Below the pieces are notes generated by a model. It saw nothing but the letters and a program-made list of their open reading frames with translations, was not told the DNA's origin and did not search any database. From assembly GCF_009914755.1 (NCBI RefSeq), contig NC_060939.1: a stretch of 64,000 nucleotides of DNA. One strand, given 5' to 3'. How positions within the stretch are numbered: the first letter of the stretch is position 1; the number at the start of each line of letters is the position of its first letter. The DNA is from the human T2T-CHM13v2.0 reference genome, Homo sapiens. The position numbers and the translations under genes were made by a program. Shown piece by piece: positions 30,181 through 44,294 of this stretch.

Positions 30181-31269
30181 TCAAATCTCACACCCTTCTT
30201 CCCACCATTTAAACTGTAGGCCGCAGACTGGTGGAAAAGCAGAGGGAGCCAACCACCATCTGCTAAGTTGTGGTGAGGTCGTTCTGTATGATCTCCAGGG
30301 TTTGCACACACCTCTGCCTGCTCCCCCCAAGAGCTCCGCCTTCTGCCCCAGCTTCCCCAGCCTCTCCTCCAGCTCCTGCAGCCTCACCTCCTGTTCCTGC
30401 ATCTTCTCCTCCTGGTGCCACAGCCTCACTTCCTGCTCCCGCATCTTCTCCTCCTGCCTCTGCATCTTCTCCTCCTGTTCCTGCATCTTCTCCTCCTGTT
30501 CCCACATCTTCTCCTCCTGCCTCCACATCTTCTCCTCCTGCTCCCATATCTTCTCTTCCTGCTTGAGCAGCTTCTCCTGCCTCCACGTCTTCTCCTCCTG
30601 CTCCTGGATCTTCTCCTCCTGCCTCTGTATCTTCTCCTCCTGCTCCTGCATCTTTTCCTCCTCCTCCTGCATTTTCTCCTCCACCTCCCGCAGCTTCTCC
30701 TCCTGATCTTGCATCATCTCCTCCAGCTCCCGTATCTTCTCCTCCTGCCTCCACATCTCCTCCTCCTGCTCCCGTATCTTCTCATCCTGCTCGCGCATCT
30801 TCTTCTCCTGCCTCCACATCTTCTCCTGCCTCTTCTCCTCCTGCTCCCGTATCTTCTCCTCCTGCCTCCACATCTCCTCCTCCTGCTCCTGTATCTTCTC
30901 ATCCTGCTCCCGTATCTTCTCCTCCTGCCTCCACATCTTCTCCTCCTGCTCCCGTATCTTCTCTTCCTGCTCCCGTATCTTCTCCTCCTGCCTCCACATC
31001 TTGTCCTCCTGCTCCCGTATCTTCTCTTCCTGCTCATGCATCTTCTCCTCCTGCCTCCACATCTTCTCCTCCTGCTCCCTTATCTTCAGCTCCTGCTCAC
31101 ACATCTTCTCTTCCTGCTCCTGTATCTTCTCCTCCTGCCTCCACATCTTCTCCTCTTGTTGCTGGTTCAGGAGGTTCCACAACTCGTTCTCTTCCACCTG
31201 GGCTTGGAGCTTTGCTGACACACTCTGTAGCTCCTTACCCAGGTGGTCAGCCTCCACCTGCAGCTGCTG
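30181..31269 (-). CDS. Open reading frame of the GOLGA6L-type repeat exon (362 aa, coiled coil); translation unproven
   Basis: ORF track 30181..31257 plus 4 codons from the ttccag acceptor; QQLQVEADHLGKELQSVSAKLQAQVEENELWN then EEKxxxQ heptads. Confidence 0.55.
   Translation of the reverse strand, partial: QQLQVEADHLGKELQSVSAKLQAQVEENELWNLLNQQQEEKMWRQEEKIQEQEEKMCEQELKIREQEEKMWRQEEKMHEQEEKIREQEDKMWRQEEKIREQEEKIREQEEKMWRQEEKIREQDEKIQEQEEEMWRQEEKIREQEEKRQEKMWRQEKKMREQDEKIREQEEEMWRQEEKIRELEEMMQDQEEKLREVEEKMQEEEEKMQEQEEKIQRQEEKIQEQEEKTWRQEKLLKQEEKIWEQEEKMWRQEEKMWEQEEKMQEQEEKMQRQEEKMREQEVRLWHQEEKMQEQEVRLQELEERLGKLGQKAELLGGAGRGVCKPWRSYRTTSPQLSRWWLAPSAFPPVCGLQFKWWEEGCEI
30370..31160 (-). repeat. Coding tandem repeat, 21-nt unit (~37 copies)
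   Basis: Units such as gaggagaagatacgggagcag / gaggagaagatgtggaggcag. Confidence 0.95.
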
Positions 31270-32279
31270 CTGGAATAGTGAAAGTGTTGGTTCAAACCTC
31301 AGAAGGAAACAGACTCATGAGCTAGCCATATAAATGTAATCTATAAAATAATGGTTTTCATCTATGATCCTTTGAAAAATATTTTTTTAAGCCCAAACTC
31401 TGAGATTCTGATTCCCCAGGCAGGGCCCCAATTTGTATATTTTTAGCACACTCCAGAGGATTCTATGGTGGGACCAGAACAAGGACCCAAATTTTCCAGC
31501 TCTTGGCTGGAGCCTCCCCACACCCTACATGATCCCTAGACCATGGCCCCAGCCGGATGGGGCTCCCACAACCCCCGGGGCTGCAGCTGCTCGCCTGTGG
31601 CAGCAGGAGCTGGGCCCTTTCCAGCTTCCTTTTAAGGTCCTTTACGTTGAGCTGGATCTCAGACTTTTCAGATTCTACAAGTCGAAGTTTTTCTTGTAGT
31701 TCGGCATTTTTCTCCTTCAACTCCTCATCGGTTATGCTGTGGCCAGAGGCAGTAGAGAAAGGAATGAACGAAGAATAGAAAGGACCGCTTTGGTGATCAA
31801 CCCTCTACTTTCACCCCACAACCACAGAACGGTGGCATTGGAAAGGACCCCAGGAATTAAAAGTCACAGGTGGCAGGCCAGAGAGAAGACATGAGTTGCC
31901 TGAGGCTTCCCCATGAGTCAGTGGCACCGCCGGCACTAGAGCTTCCCTGTGCACACATGAAAACCTGTAGAAGCCTCTCACCATGCTCACCTGTACCCCC
32001 CACCTCCCAGCACACCACCCACTCTAAGGGCCCCCAGACCTCCCATTCCACCTTCCCCCATCCTACGTGTTCCTGTACAGTTCCAGACTCGGAGCGTCCC
32101 TCTCCTTTGTTAATTTCTCGATGTACTGCAAATAGAGAAAGGTTAAGTCAGGATAGAGCAGGCAGAGGAGTAGCTGGACGACCAGAACAACAGCTACACT
32201 GATACTCCACAGTAACACTCCCTCACTCTCAATCACACCTGACATGTTCTCAAGGCATTTCCAAGCCCATGGTCTCATT

Positions 32280-32658
32280 TGTTTTTTCTTTGTTTTCTCT
32301 TTCTTTCTTTCTTCTTTCTTTCTTTCCTTCCTTCCTTCCTTCCTTCCTTCCTTTCTTCCTTCCTTCTTTCTTTCTTCCCTTTATTTCCTTTCTCCCTTGC
32401 TTCCCGTGCTTCCCTTGCTTTCTTGCTTTCTTGCTTTCTTGCTTTTTCTTTCTTGCAGAGTTTGGCTCTTGTTGCCCTGGCTGGAGTGCAATGGTGCAAT
32501 CTCGGCTCACCACAACCTCCACCTCCTGGATTCAAGCAATTCTCCTGCCTCAGAGTCCTGAGTAGCTGGGATTATAGGCATGTGCCACCACACCCAGCTA
32601 ATTTTGTCTTTTTAGTAGAGACGGGGTTTCTCCATGTTGATCAGTCTAGTCTTGAACT
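32280..32658 (-). mobile_element. Truncated antisense Alu with expanded (CTTC/CTTT/CTTG)n tail at the golgin breakpoint
   Basis: Pyrimidine microsatellite 32280-32455, then Alu body ending abruptly at cttgaact. Confidence 0.9.
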
Positions 32659-34107
32659 GACTGATCCTGACTTATCCTTAGCCTAAAAAGAAAAATTTAA
32701 AATTACTCATTAAAAAAATGAATGATTTCCAGCAGAAAATGGGCAATGGAGAAACCGGCACTTCCCACAAGAATAAAAATGGCCAATGAGCAAACGAAAA
32801 AGATTCAAAAGCACTAGAAATCAAAGAAATGTAATGAAAACAATGAGATTTTCTGCTTAAAGACCAGCAAAGATGACAAATGGAAGGGGGAACCTGGAGC
32901 TCTGTCCCTGTTGGTGGGAGCATAAACTGAACCAATTTTCCTACAGGATAATTTGAACATTTCTTTTAAAAATCCTAAAACAGTTTTACATTATTTTCCT
33001 CTAGAAATTCTACTTCTATGAATTCAGTGCAAAAATCCTTACTGGAGTCCATTAAAATGTATATAGAGGAAATTCACCTCTGGGGTGGCAATGATTCACT
33101 TAACATAATCCAGCTATTAAAAATGATGATGCCAGGATATACTTCTGCCCTAGAAACATGTTTAAAATATAATAAGTGACAAAAGCCCATTTACTATGAT
33201 TGTACTTTTATTTTTTTTAACAGTCACAAATCAGCTTTATTTAACTTTTCCAAAATATTTCTCAGGCCATTCTCTTTCAGACATTCAAAAAGAAAAAGTT
33301 TCTAACTTTAAAATAATTAAATGACAAATGGTAAAAGCTGCTAGTTATCTCCCAGTGGCTGTTCCCATGGTGGTAGGGCCTTAGATGTGTGGCCATTTGC
33401 AATGGACCCAGCATTTCTAGCTTGCAGCCAGGCACAGCCAATAGCAGGAGAGAGCGAGGTGTGTTCCTCCCCTCTCTTGTCTTCCAATCCTTTCCCTGTT
33501 CTGCTCATCTGGAATGTGATACTGGTAGAGGCCAGTTATTCGTGGCAAGCAACACGTTTACAGGGATTTTCCTGGGAATTTCAGATACAATGTCTGTATT
33601 AGTTAAGATTAGGTTTTGCGGCAATAACAGAAAACCCTCCAAAATGATAAATTAAAGAACATGGAAGTTTATTTTTGTCTCATAGGGATGTCTCAGAAGT
33701 GGTTCATGGCTGGCATGATGCTCCATGTTGTCAGGAACTCAGACTCCATTCATCTTGATGTTCTTTCCCGAAGGCTTCAACCTCACAGTCTCAACATGGC
33801 AGATTCTACTTTTAAATATGTTTATATGCATAAAAAGTGTAAAAAGCAACAAACCAGAATGTTTTGAGTGGCAAAATTAAAGATTTTTCTTTATATTTTG
33901 TCATCCAAATTATTACAAAAAGAATGTGATTTCCTTTATAATCAGGGAGAAGTGTTATTTTCATTTATTTATGTTTACATTTCTTTTCTTTTTCTTCTTT
34001 TTTCTCCTGTATGTATCCCATGTAGGCTAGAGAGCTTCAATCCCTGCCTCTTGAGGGAAATCAGCCCATTTTCGGGAAGTGCACTACACAAAGCTGCCCC
34101 ATCTTCC

Positions 34108-34473
<366 letters not shown>

Positions 34474-34611
34474 TAAATTTAATTCTTACTGACCTGATCT
34501 CTTTTCCTGTGTTTAATGATATCTTCCAGTTGAAAGGTATTTCCTCTGTAATCACAGGCACTAAAGGAAATACAACAAGTATTCTTTAGGTGGATATCCA
34601 CTAAACCACGG

Positions 34612-34785
34612 ATTCTCCCATTGTAGTCCTTAGACCCTCAGCATCAGCAACATGTGGGAACTTGTTAGACATGTAAATTCCTGGGCCAGCCCCACACCTC
34701 CTGAATCAGAAAGTGGGGAAGAGGGACAGCTGTCTGTCCTTTAATAAGCCTTGAGATGCTCCCTGAAGTTTGAAAACTACAGAAC
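34612..34785. mobile_element. MER5A-like element
   Basis: cagcatcagcaacatgtgggaacttgttagacatgtaaattcctgggcc...aagtttgaaaactac. Confidence 0.7.
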
Positions 34786-35868
34786 TAGAATACATATGGC
34801 AGTAAGTGCTCATACTTTATCCCAGGTACCTTCCCCTCTTTTCCATTCTCTTTTCCGTTGAAATAAAATGAGAGCTCTTTTTGACTTAATGGGTATAAGA
34901 AAGAAGGCAATGAGATGAGCAGGGTTTCAAGTTAGAGTTCAAAATTTAATCAGTGGATGGTGACAGGGTGCAAGCCTTCTAAACAGATTACTGCAAGAAA
35001 GCTGATTATAATCTATACAGTAGGTATCATTAGTGTATTGATGTTAAATTTTTGGGGTGGGATTAATGGTATTGTGATTATATAGGAGAACGTCCTGGTT
35101 CCTAGAAGATATCTGCGAAAGTACTTAACACTGAAATGCTGATACTGGCAACTTACTTTGAAATGATTCAGGGGGGAAAAGGGCACATATACAATCTTCC
35201 ATATGCAGGGGAGACAAAACAAATATGATAAAATGTTAATTGGTGAATCCAGTTGAATAGCATACTGATGTTCACTGTATTATTTTATCAACTTTTCTGT
35301 GTTTGCAAGTTTTTAAAATAAAAAGTTGAGGGAAAAGAAACATCACCCCAAATCTTCCTACAAAATGGAACCATAGAAAAACTTTGCAGAAGAGGGCACC
35401 GTACCCATCCGGACAGCATGGTCAAAGTGCAGGGTCTCCTCCAGCAGGCTATTCTCTGGTCCCTTCTGTGCTGTCACTTCCCCCAGACGCAACCAAGGCT
35501 TTTTTCTAACAACTCTTTTTCTAAAGGTGTAATTTTTTTCATTCATCTAAGAAAGAGACAAAAGAATTAGTATACATTGAGAAAATCAAATTACACTTAT
35601 ACTTGTGTAAAAGCAAAAAATACTTTGAAAAGTGGGGAAGCAAGAAATGTACTGTTCTACAATTCTGTCCTTACCATCTTTTTATTGTGCCAATGACTTC
35701 CTATTCCTGCTGCCTATGGTGGGGTGAGCTGCAAATGATTTCTTTTCCTCATTGATTTGAAATGCCATGTTTATAATATACTAAACTCCCCCAGAAGCAT
35801 TTGGGTTTATTTCTGGGCTCTATTCTATTCAAGTGATCTATCTGTTCACAAGCCACTATCAATTTTGA

Positions 35869-36200
<332 letters not shown>

Positions 36201-36297
36201 AAGTAATTCTTTGATTAGGATATTAGTATTTGATGGAGCCTGACCCTTTTGACTCTAAACTCAAATTCTTATTATCTCTAACTTCTAAAAGTTATGA

Positions 36298-36726
<429 letters not shown>

Positions 36727-37519
36727 AGTTTTCCTAATCCCTTCTCTTTATCTTTTGTAGTTGCACTGGCTTATGTGGTTATTAACTGTTAGTGTTAATT
36801 AACAGGGATAACTGCAATACTGGACATTTTGTCTTATTCCTGATCTTAAAGGGATGTTTCTACAGTTTCACTCATCATGCATGATGGCAGCTTTTGGCTA
36901 GATGTATTTATAATCCACTAGGAGTAAAAAAAATTAGAAATAAATATTGAATTTTATCAAATGTCTTTCTAACATATATGGAGGGAACCATGTATTTTCT
37001 TCTTAATGTCTTGCAACCAGGAATCATACCAGATCTTCTAGTAGTGATTCAAGGGAATGAGCTTCATGTGATTGTGCGGCATAATTTTCCCACTGTGCTA
37101 TGTTTGCATCACTAGCCATGAATGAGAGAGTGTGTCTGTTTTAATGTTACCTTTGTCAGGTACCTTTGTCAGGTTTGGGTTTTCATGTTCGAACAGTTTC
37201 AAAAGAAAAAAGTTTGAAAGTTCTACTTTATTCTTTATATGTGGAAATTTCAATAAATTATTTGTGATTTATTGAAAATTTTACTTGAAGGTCTGATATA
37301 ATTTCAAAGCAAAACCAAACCTTTTTTTCTTTCTTGTTGGGGGAGGGTGGGAGGAGCGGGACAGGAGGACATTAACTCGTTGATATTTTATGTTTTGTTT
37401 TTTCCCTTTAGAATTTATCTTCTGGGGACAATCTGACAATGATGAATTTAATTTAGATTCACAGATTTTAAAAATAATTCTTTTGATATTCTTGGTATCA
37501 TTTATTTACCTATTCTGCA

Positions 37520-37788
37520 GCTCTGTTGCCCAGGCTGGAGTGCCATAGTCCAATCATAGCTCACTGCAGCCTTGAACTCCTGGACTCAAGCGATCATCCC
37601 CGATCAGCCTCTTGAGTAGCAGAGACTATAGGCTCACGCTACCACACCCAGCTAATTTTTTATATTTTTAGTGGAGATGGGGTTTCAACATGTTGCCCAG
37701 GCTGGTCTCGAACTCCTGGGCTCAAGCAATCCTCCCTTCTGAGCCTCCCAAAGTGCTGGGATTACAAGTGTGAGCTACTGTACCTGGC
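37520..37788 (-). mobile_element. AluJ-like element
   Basis: Antisense, tail missing. Confidence 0.9.
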
Positions 37789-38239
37789 ACTATTCTCATT
37801 TTTATAATAAAATTTTAAGATTGGATAAATAATATAGCCCAATTATTGGAGCCAGACTACATCTACAAAAATTAAATGAAATTTCACTTGTCTGAAATCA
37901 TGACATACTTTGGAAGATATCTTTGTCATGGTATTAATTAAAATTACGGCTATTTGGCACTCACCAAAATCTGTGGAGCACCTTAAAGACATAGGCGGCA
38001 TCCTCCGGAGCAGTCAAAACAGTTACAAGAAGAGGCTGTCGGGACAGCTTTGTCAGAAGAGACATGCTATGCATATAAAGACATAAGGGAGACAGAAAAG
38101 AAACAACCATTTTACACACAGGCCCCAAATTGAAAGCTATAGGCTGGGTAATGCAGGCACTGATTTTTGCAAATCAGATGCTTTCCATATGGCATCTCCA
38201 TATAGTGTGCTTTTGCTTTAGAGAGTGGCAGCAAGATTT

Positions 38240-38542
38240 TTGGTTTTGTTTGTTTGTTTGAAGACAGGATCTTGCTCCACCGCCCAAGCTGGAGAGCAGT
38301 GATGTGATCATAGCTCACTGCAACATCAACCTCCTGGGCTCAAGTGATCCTCCTGCCTCAGCCACCTGAGTAGCTGGACTACAGGCATACACCACTATGC
38401 CCCCACTAATTTTTGTATTTTTTGAAGAGACAAGATCTCACTATGTCACCCAGGCTGATCTTGAACTCCTGAGCTCAAGCGATCCTCCTGCATCAGACAA
38501 CCAAAGTTTTAGGATTACAGGCATAAGCCACTGCACCTGGCC
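38240..38542 (-). mobile_element. AluJ-like element
   Basis: Antisense dimer. Confidence 0.9.
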
Positions 38543-38594
38543 AAGATATTTGTTTGCAAAGGATGGTTAATAGTTACAACAAGAAAAATAGGAA

Positions 38595-38890
<296 letters not shown>

Positions 38891-41133
38891 AAATAGGGAA
38901 GATTTGTTAGTAGTCTGTGAGTTCCACAATCATGTCAAGCATATTAAAAATTCCTTAAATTCCTAATTACCTTTTCCTGTCTTTTTTTAAAAGAGGATTT
39001 AACTTCATCAGAATTTTTCTTTACATGTGAAACACCTGCATCTTCAATTGCCTCATCATCTGGCAAAGTGAAGGTCACTCTTTTCAAGCTTTCTTTACAT
39101 TGTTTACTGTCTTCACTTTCTTCCAGGTCATCATCTTCATCCCTACACTACAAAATTCTTATAAAAAGAAATATACTGCTTTCCATTAGAAAAACAAAAG
39201 GAAACATATTTCCCTTAATAAAGTTCTTCTTTTATATGCCTAATGCAACCAAATACTCAGAAGTTCCAAAATCATTCAGGTATTAAGGAACAGAAGGTAT
39301 CATTTAAGTGAAATGCTATGTAAGAAACAGAACAAAAAGTGTCCAATATATAGAAAATAAATTGTTCAATCTCACAGAAATAACAGGATTTTTGGGGCAC
39401 AAAACCAAATCAAAGTTCCTGGTCAGAAAGGTTTGATTGCCATTGCCAGTAATATTTTTCTTCATTAAATGATCTCTAATGTCCCTTCAAATACACAGAC
39501 TTTCCTGTGGCTATCTTGAGAATATCTGATAGGAGAGAATCTAACTTCTTAAAACAAACATATGTGAAAACCACAAGTACCAATACATGATTGGACAGTT
39601 CCAGCTCACAATATAAAGGATGGTTCAAATACTTACATTTCAGAAATGCTTAGTTCTTCTGCTGCTTCTTCAGCAATTTCATCAGCTTGTTTGAACCCAG
39701 ATCATCATCATCATCACTTGCTATGTCTTCATCACTTTCAACTGGATCAAAAAAAGTCTTTGTCCTTCACATTTCTGGAACTTTTACCTGACTAAAATAA
39801 AAAGATTTTTAAAACTATTAATTAGGAAGAGAAAAATACATCGTTAGCACACACATATATATTTGTGTGTATACTGTATGTCTACGTTACTTTCTAACTT
39901 AATAACACTACAAGCCAAAAATAGTTATTAGGTGAAATCAGCAACTAAAAACATTACCATAAAACTATTATAAGAACAACTGGAACAGAAACTGAATGGA
40001 AGTACAGATTCATTTATAACTGATAAGATAGAGCACAATATTTCTTAGATCCAAATCTTCTAACTACAATTACATCTGTCCTAGAAAAACAGAACAAAAG
40101 GTAATTTGAGGAGGAGGAAAGTGCTCTCTCCTCTCTCAAAATTTTACCTTAAGTTTTTTTACTTCTAAACAGTGCCCCTTCATCTTCATCAGAATCAATA
40201 TCTTAAAAAAATCAGTATCTTCTACGTCATCATCATTACCATCTTTTCGTTCCTCTTCTTTTTCTGTTTTCTAAATAGGCCTCCATTTCAGAGAGTTGGA
40301 AGAATTTCTCGTCTGCTATGGACTTTTCTCTTGGTTTCCCGTGTCCTTTTTTTGCACCTTGCTCTGCTGTTCCAATTTGTTGATATGAAAGTCAAGGTCA
40401 GAATCCTCATCACTGAGAACTGGGCTTTTCATCGGATCGAATTTGCTTGAGTTTGCTCTCTCACTCACTTCAGGATTGTCACCACCCATATCTGACACTT
40501 CCTCCTCCTCCTCTAAATCTTCTAGGTCCTCCTGGCCATCAGCCTCTGTCTCTGAACCATCCTCTTCATGCTCCTGTTCTTCACTCTCTGGGATACTGAT
40601 ATCTTCATCTTTGTTTCACTAACTGCATTCTGGAAGCTTTGTAAAATTGGGTCATTTTGCAATTCCAGTTGTTGCAAAGTCTGCTTATCATCAAAACTTT
40701 CTATCACAAGTTTTTGTAAAGGGCTTCCATGGATCCTACCATTCTCTAATATTTTATTAAGGTCATAAAGCACTTTTGTTAAAGAAGTGAACTTTGATGC
40801 CAATCCATCTTGAATCCTAATGGGAGGAATTAAATGAGATTTAGAGTTATAGTTGATAATTTCACAGCCCTCTTAATTAAAAGAAAAATAAAAACCACAA
40901 CTCTTCTGTAAAATCAAATTTGAATGAAGTGTAAGTATAGATTCTGGCCCCAACAACATACAAGCTGATGAGCCACACTGATATATAAAACCTGTCAACC
41001 AAGTATTTGTGAATCAGCTGTACAGATTTTAGGCAGGAAAAGCATTACAAATCTATTTGCTTGGAGATATATAGTGAATTAGCCTTAAATTATCAACTCT
41101 GCTACATTATATACCACTCCATTCTTTCACTCA

Positions 41134-41572
<439 letters not shown>

Positions 41573-41579
41573 GGCTTTA

Positions 41580-43550
41580 TTTTTTTTTTTAAAGCAGTTT
41601 TAGGTTCACAGCAAAATTGAGCAGAAAGTACACGCAGTTCCCATATACACCCTACCCACACACAGTCCCCATATACACCCTACCCACACAAAGTCCCCCT
41701 ATACACCCTACTCACACACAGTCCCGTCCACTGTCAACCCCCCACACCAGAGTGGTACATTTGTTATAAACTATAAACATACACTGACACATTATTATCA
41801 CTCAAAATCCATAGTTCACATTACTTTGTGGAGTTTCTATCATGAACAGGTCTTGAATTCTGTTTAATGCTTCTTCTGCTTCTACTGATACAATTGTGTT
41901 GTTTTTCTTAGTCTATTAATATTAATATGATAAAGTACAATGATGTATTTTAAAATATTGAATCCTTATATTCAGAAACGGACTCCATTTTGTTGTGATG
42001 TATTATCCTTTTTCTACATTACTGGATTTGACTTGCTAATGTTTGGTGGAAGCTTTTGTGTCTAGGTTCATAAGAGATACTGATCTATAGTTTCTTTTCA
42101 ATGTTGTAATGTCTTTATCTGGTTTTGGGATTAGAGTAATGATGATATCATAAAATGAGTTGGGAGGTTTTTCCTCTGCTTCTCTTTTCTGGAAAAAAAA
42201 TATGGAGAGTAATTTTTTCACTGGTATAATTCACCAGTGTAATCATCTGAGCTTGAGCCTGTTGCTTTTTTGGAAGGTTTTTATTATTAATTTAATTTTT
42301 AGAAAATATGTATAGGGCGGCCGGGCGCGGTGGCTCATGCCTGTAATCCCAGCACTTTGGGAGGCCGAGGTGGGTGGATCACAAGGTCAGGAGATCAAGA
42401 CAATCCTGGTTAACACGGTGAAACCCCGTCTCTACTAAAAATATAAAAAATTAGCCGGGCGCGGTGGCAGGCGCCTGTAGTCCCAGCTACTTGGGAGGCT
42501 GAGGCAGGAGAATGGCGTGAACCCCAGGAGGTGACGCTTGCAGTGAGCCGAGGTAGCGCCACTGCACTCTGGCCTGGGCGAAAGAGCAAGACTCCATCTC
42601 AGAAAAAAAAAAAAAAAGAAAATATGTATAGGGCTAGTCTGTTTTTCCTTGCATGAATTTATTAGTTTGTGTCTTTTAAGGAATTGGTCCACTTTATTTA
42701 AGGTATCAAATTTACAAGGATAAAGTTGCTTGTAGAATCTTAGAATCTTTTAAAAGTGCACGGTATCAATAATCAGTAGTAATGATTCTTCTTTCATTGC
42801 TGATATTGGTAATTTGTATTCTCTCTTTCTCTCATCTTGTACGCTCATGCCTGGGAAGAGGTTTATCAATTTTATTTACGTTTGTGAAAGCCTAGCTTTT
42901 GGTTTTGTTGAATTTTTCTATTGTTTTCCTGTTTAAAATTTTATTGATGTATATTCTAATTTGCATGGATTTCTTTTCTGTGTTCTCTTCAGGTTTAAAT
43001 TGCTGTTCTTTCTCAAGCTCCTAAGGTGCAAGCGTAATTTATTTATATTATTAATTCTTACTTTGTAATATATGCATACAGAAACTGAGTGCTATAAATT
43101 ATTTTCTAAGCACTGCTTTAGCTACAACCCATAAGTTTTGATGAGTTATATTTTCCTTTTCATTTATTCCGAAACACTTTTTGAGATTTCTTCTTTGGCT
43201 CATGGGCTTTTAGAAGCTACCATCTTAGTGCTGATATTATCCATTTGTTCTTGCACATTGTCTACTTTTTTCATGAGAGCCCTTAACATATTTATCACAG
43301 TTATTTTTACATTCCGTCTCTGGTACTCCAACATCTGTGTCGTATCTGAGTTTGATTCTGATGATTGCTTTCTCTTCAGACTGTTTTTTCCTGCCTTTGA
43401 CGTGTCTTGTGTAATTTTTTTGTTAAAAGACAGATATTGCATTAGGTAATAACAACTGAGGTACATAGGCCTTTATGTGAGAATGTATGTTAATTTGGTT
43501 AAGAGTTAAGCTATGTTTAATGTTTGTTGCAGCCATAAGTATCAGAAGTT
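41580..43550 (-). mobile_element. Old L1M fragments, including a 3x ~30-nt tandem repeat at 41635-41725
   Basis: L1 3' end (cagcaaaattgagcagaaagtac) and ORF2-like peptide NSFYDIIITLIPKPDKDIT...YRSVSLMNLDTK in the ORF track (42036-42221). Confidence 0.8.
42319..42617 (+). mobile_element. AluY
   Basis: TSD gaaaatatgtatagggc on both sides. Confidence 0.95.
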
Positions 43551-44294
43551 CCAAATTCCTTTAGTGTCTTTGTTTTGGCTCTTCGCCTGGCTTCACAGCT
43601 TGTCTCTGCACTGCTCCTCATAGTGAGTCTGTGTCTTTCAGTTCATTCCACTGAAAACAGCTGTAGTCACTGCTTTTAAACTCAAGCTTTATAACAGTGA
43701 TGATAGGATATAGAAGACAGTAAGCATTCTCCAACCTTCTAATGAAGTGTGGGTCATTTCCTAAGCCAGTAGCTCATGGCTGTGGCTATCCCAGCTGTGT
43801 CTGCCTTTCCTCCAGTAGCATGTTCACCTTCTAGCTCCTTTCCCTGGCTGCCGAGCTCCCAGTATATCTCCATGAAGCACTCTATCCGTTGATGATTATT
43901 TCTGCCACTACGTGATGAAAGAAGGCTAAAGAGAGCTGAAGTGAGGGGGGATTCCTTTCCCCAAGCTTGGATACAGTATCAGAATGGAGCTCTGGTAAAG
44001 TCCTTCCCCTGGAGAAGGCTCTGGTTACATTTCACAATGGTCACTCTTTCCTTCTTCTGCAAAGGCATGAAGGGATCTTTTGGGGATTCTTACCATAAAA
44101 ATATGGCAAGGTTACTGGAGGGAGCCTCCTAAGAAACTCTTCCTCCAGCAGTTTGTTAAAATTGTCATTTCATTGTTTGGACCAATAGCTCTAGAGGCTC
44201 CTGCTGTCTGAAGCACATCTCTAGGCTTTATCAGTTGCAGTGTCTGTTTGTACCTCTCTTTTTAGATTTTGGGGTGGTTATCTGTCCTGTGCAG

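Larger units (their letters stand above)
29641..32125 (-). pseudogene. 5'-truncated GOLGA6L-family golgin gene fragment
   Basis: Exons 32067-32125 (YIEKLTKERDAPSLELYRNT), 31595-31736 (ITDEELKEKNAELQEKLRLVESEKSEIQLNVKDLKRKLERAQLLLPQ), long repeat exon from 31269, 29814-30004 (VELKSQEAQSLQQQ..., donor mutated to ctgagg), 29641-29729 (EHLEAAI...); upstream exons absent beyond the Alu at 32280-32658. Confidence 0.9.

Noticed and set aside
30149-31333. Overlapping Leu-, Ser/Cys-, Arg- and Gly-rich ORFs on both strands
   Set aside because: Alternative-frame and antisense shadows of the 21-nt golgin repeat
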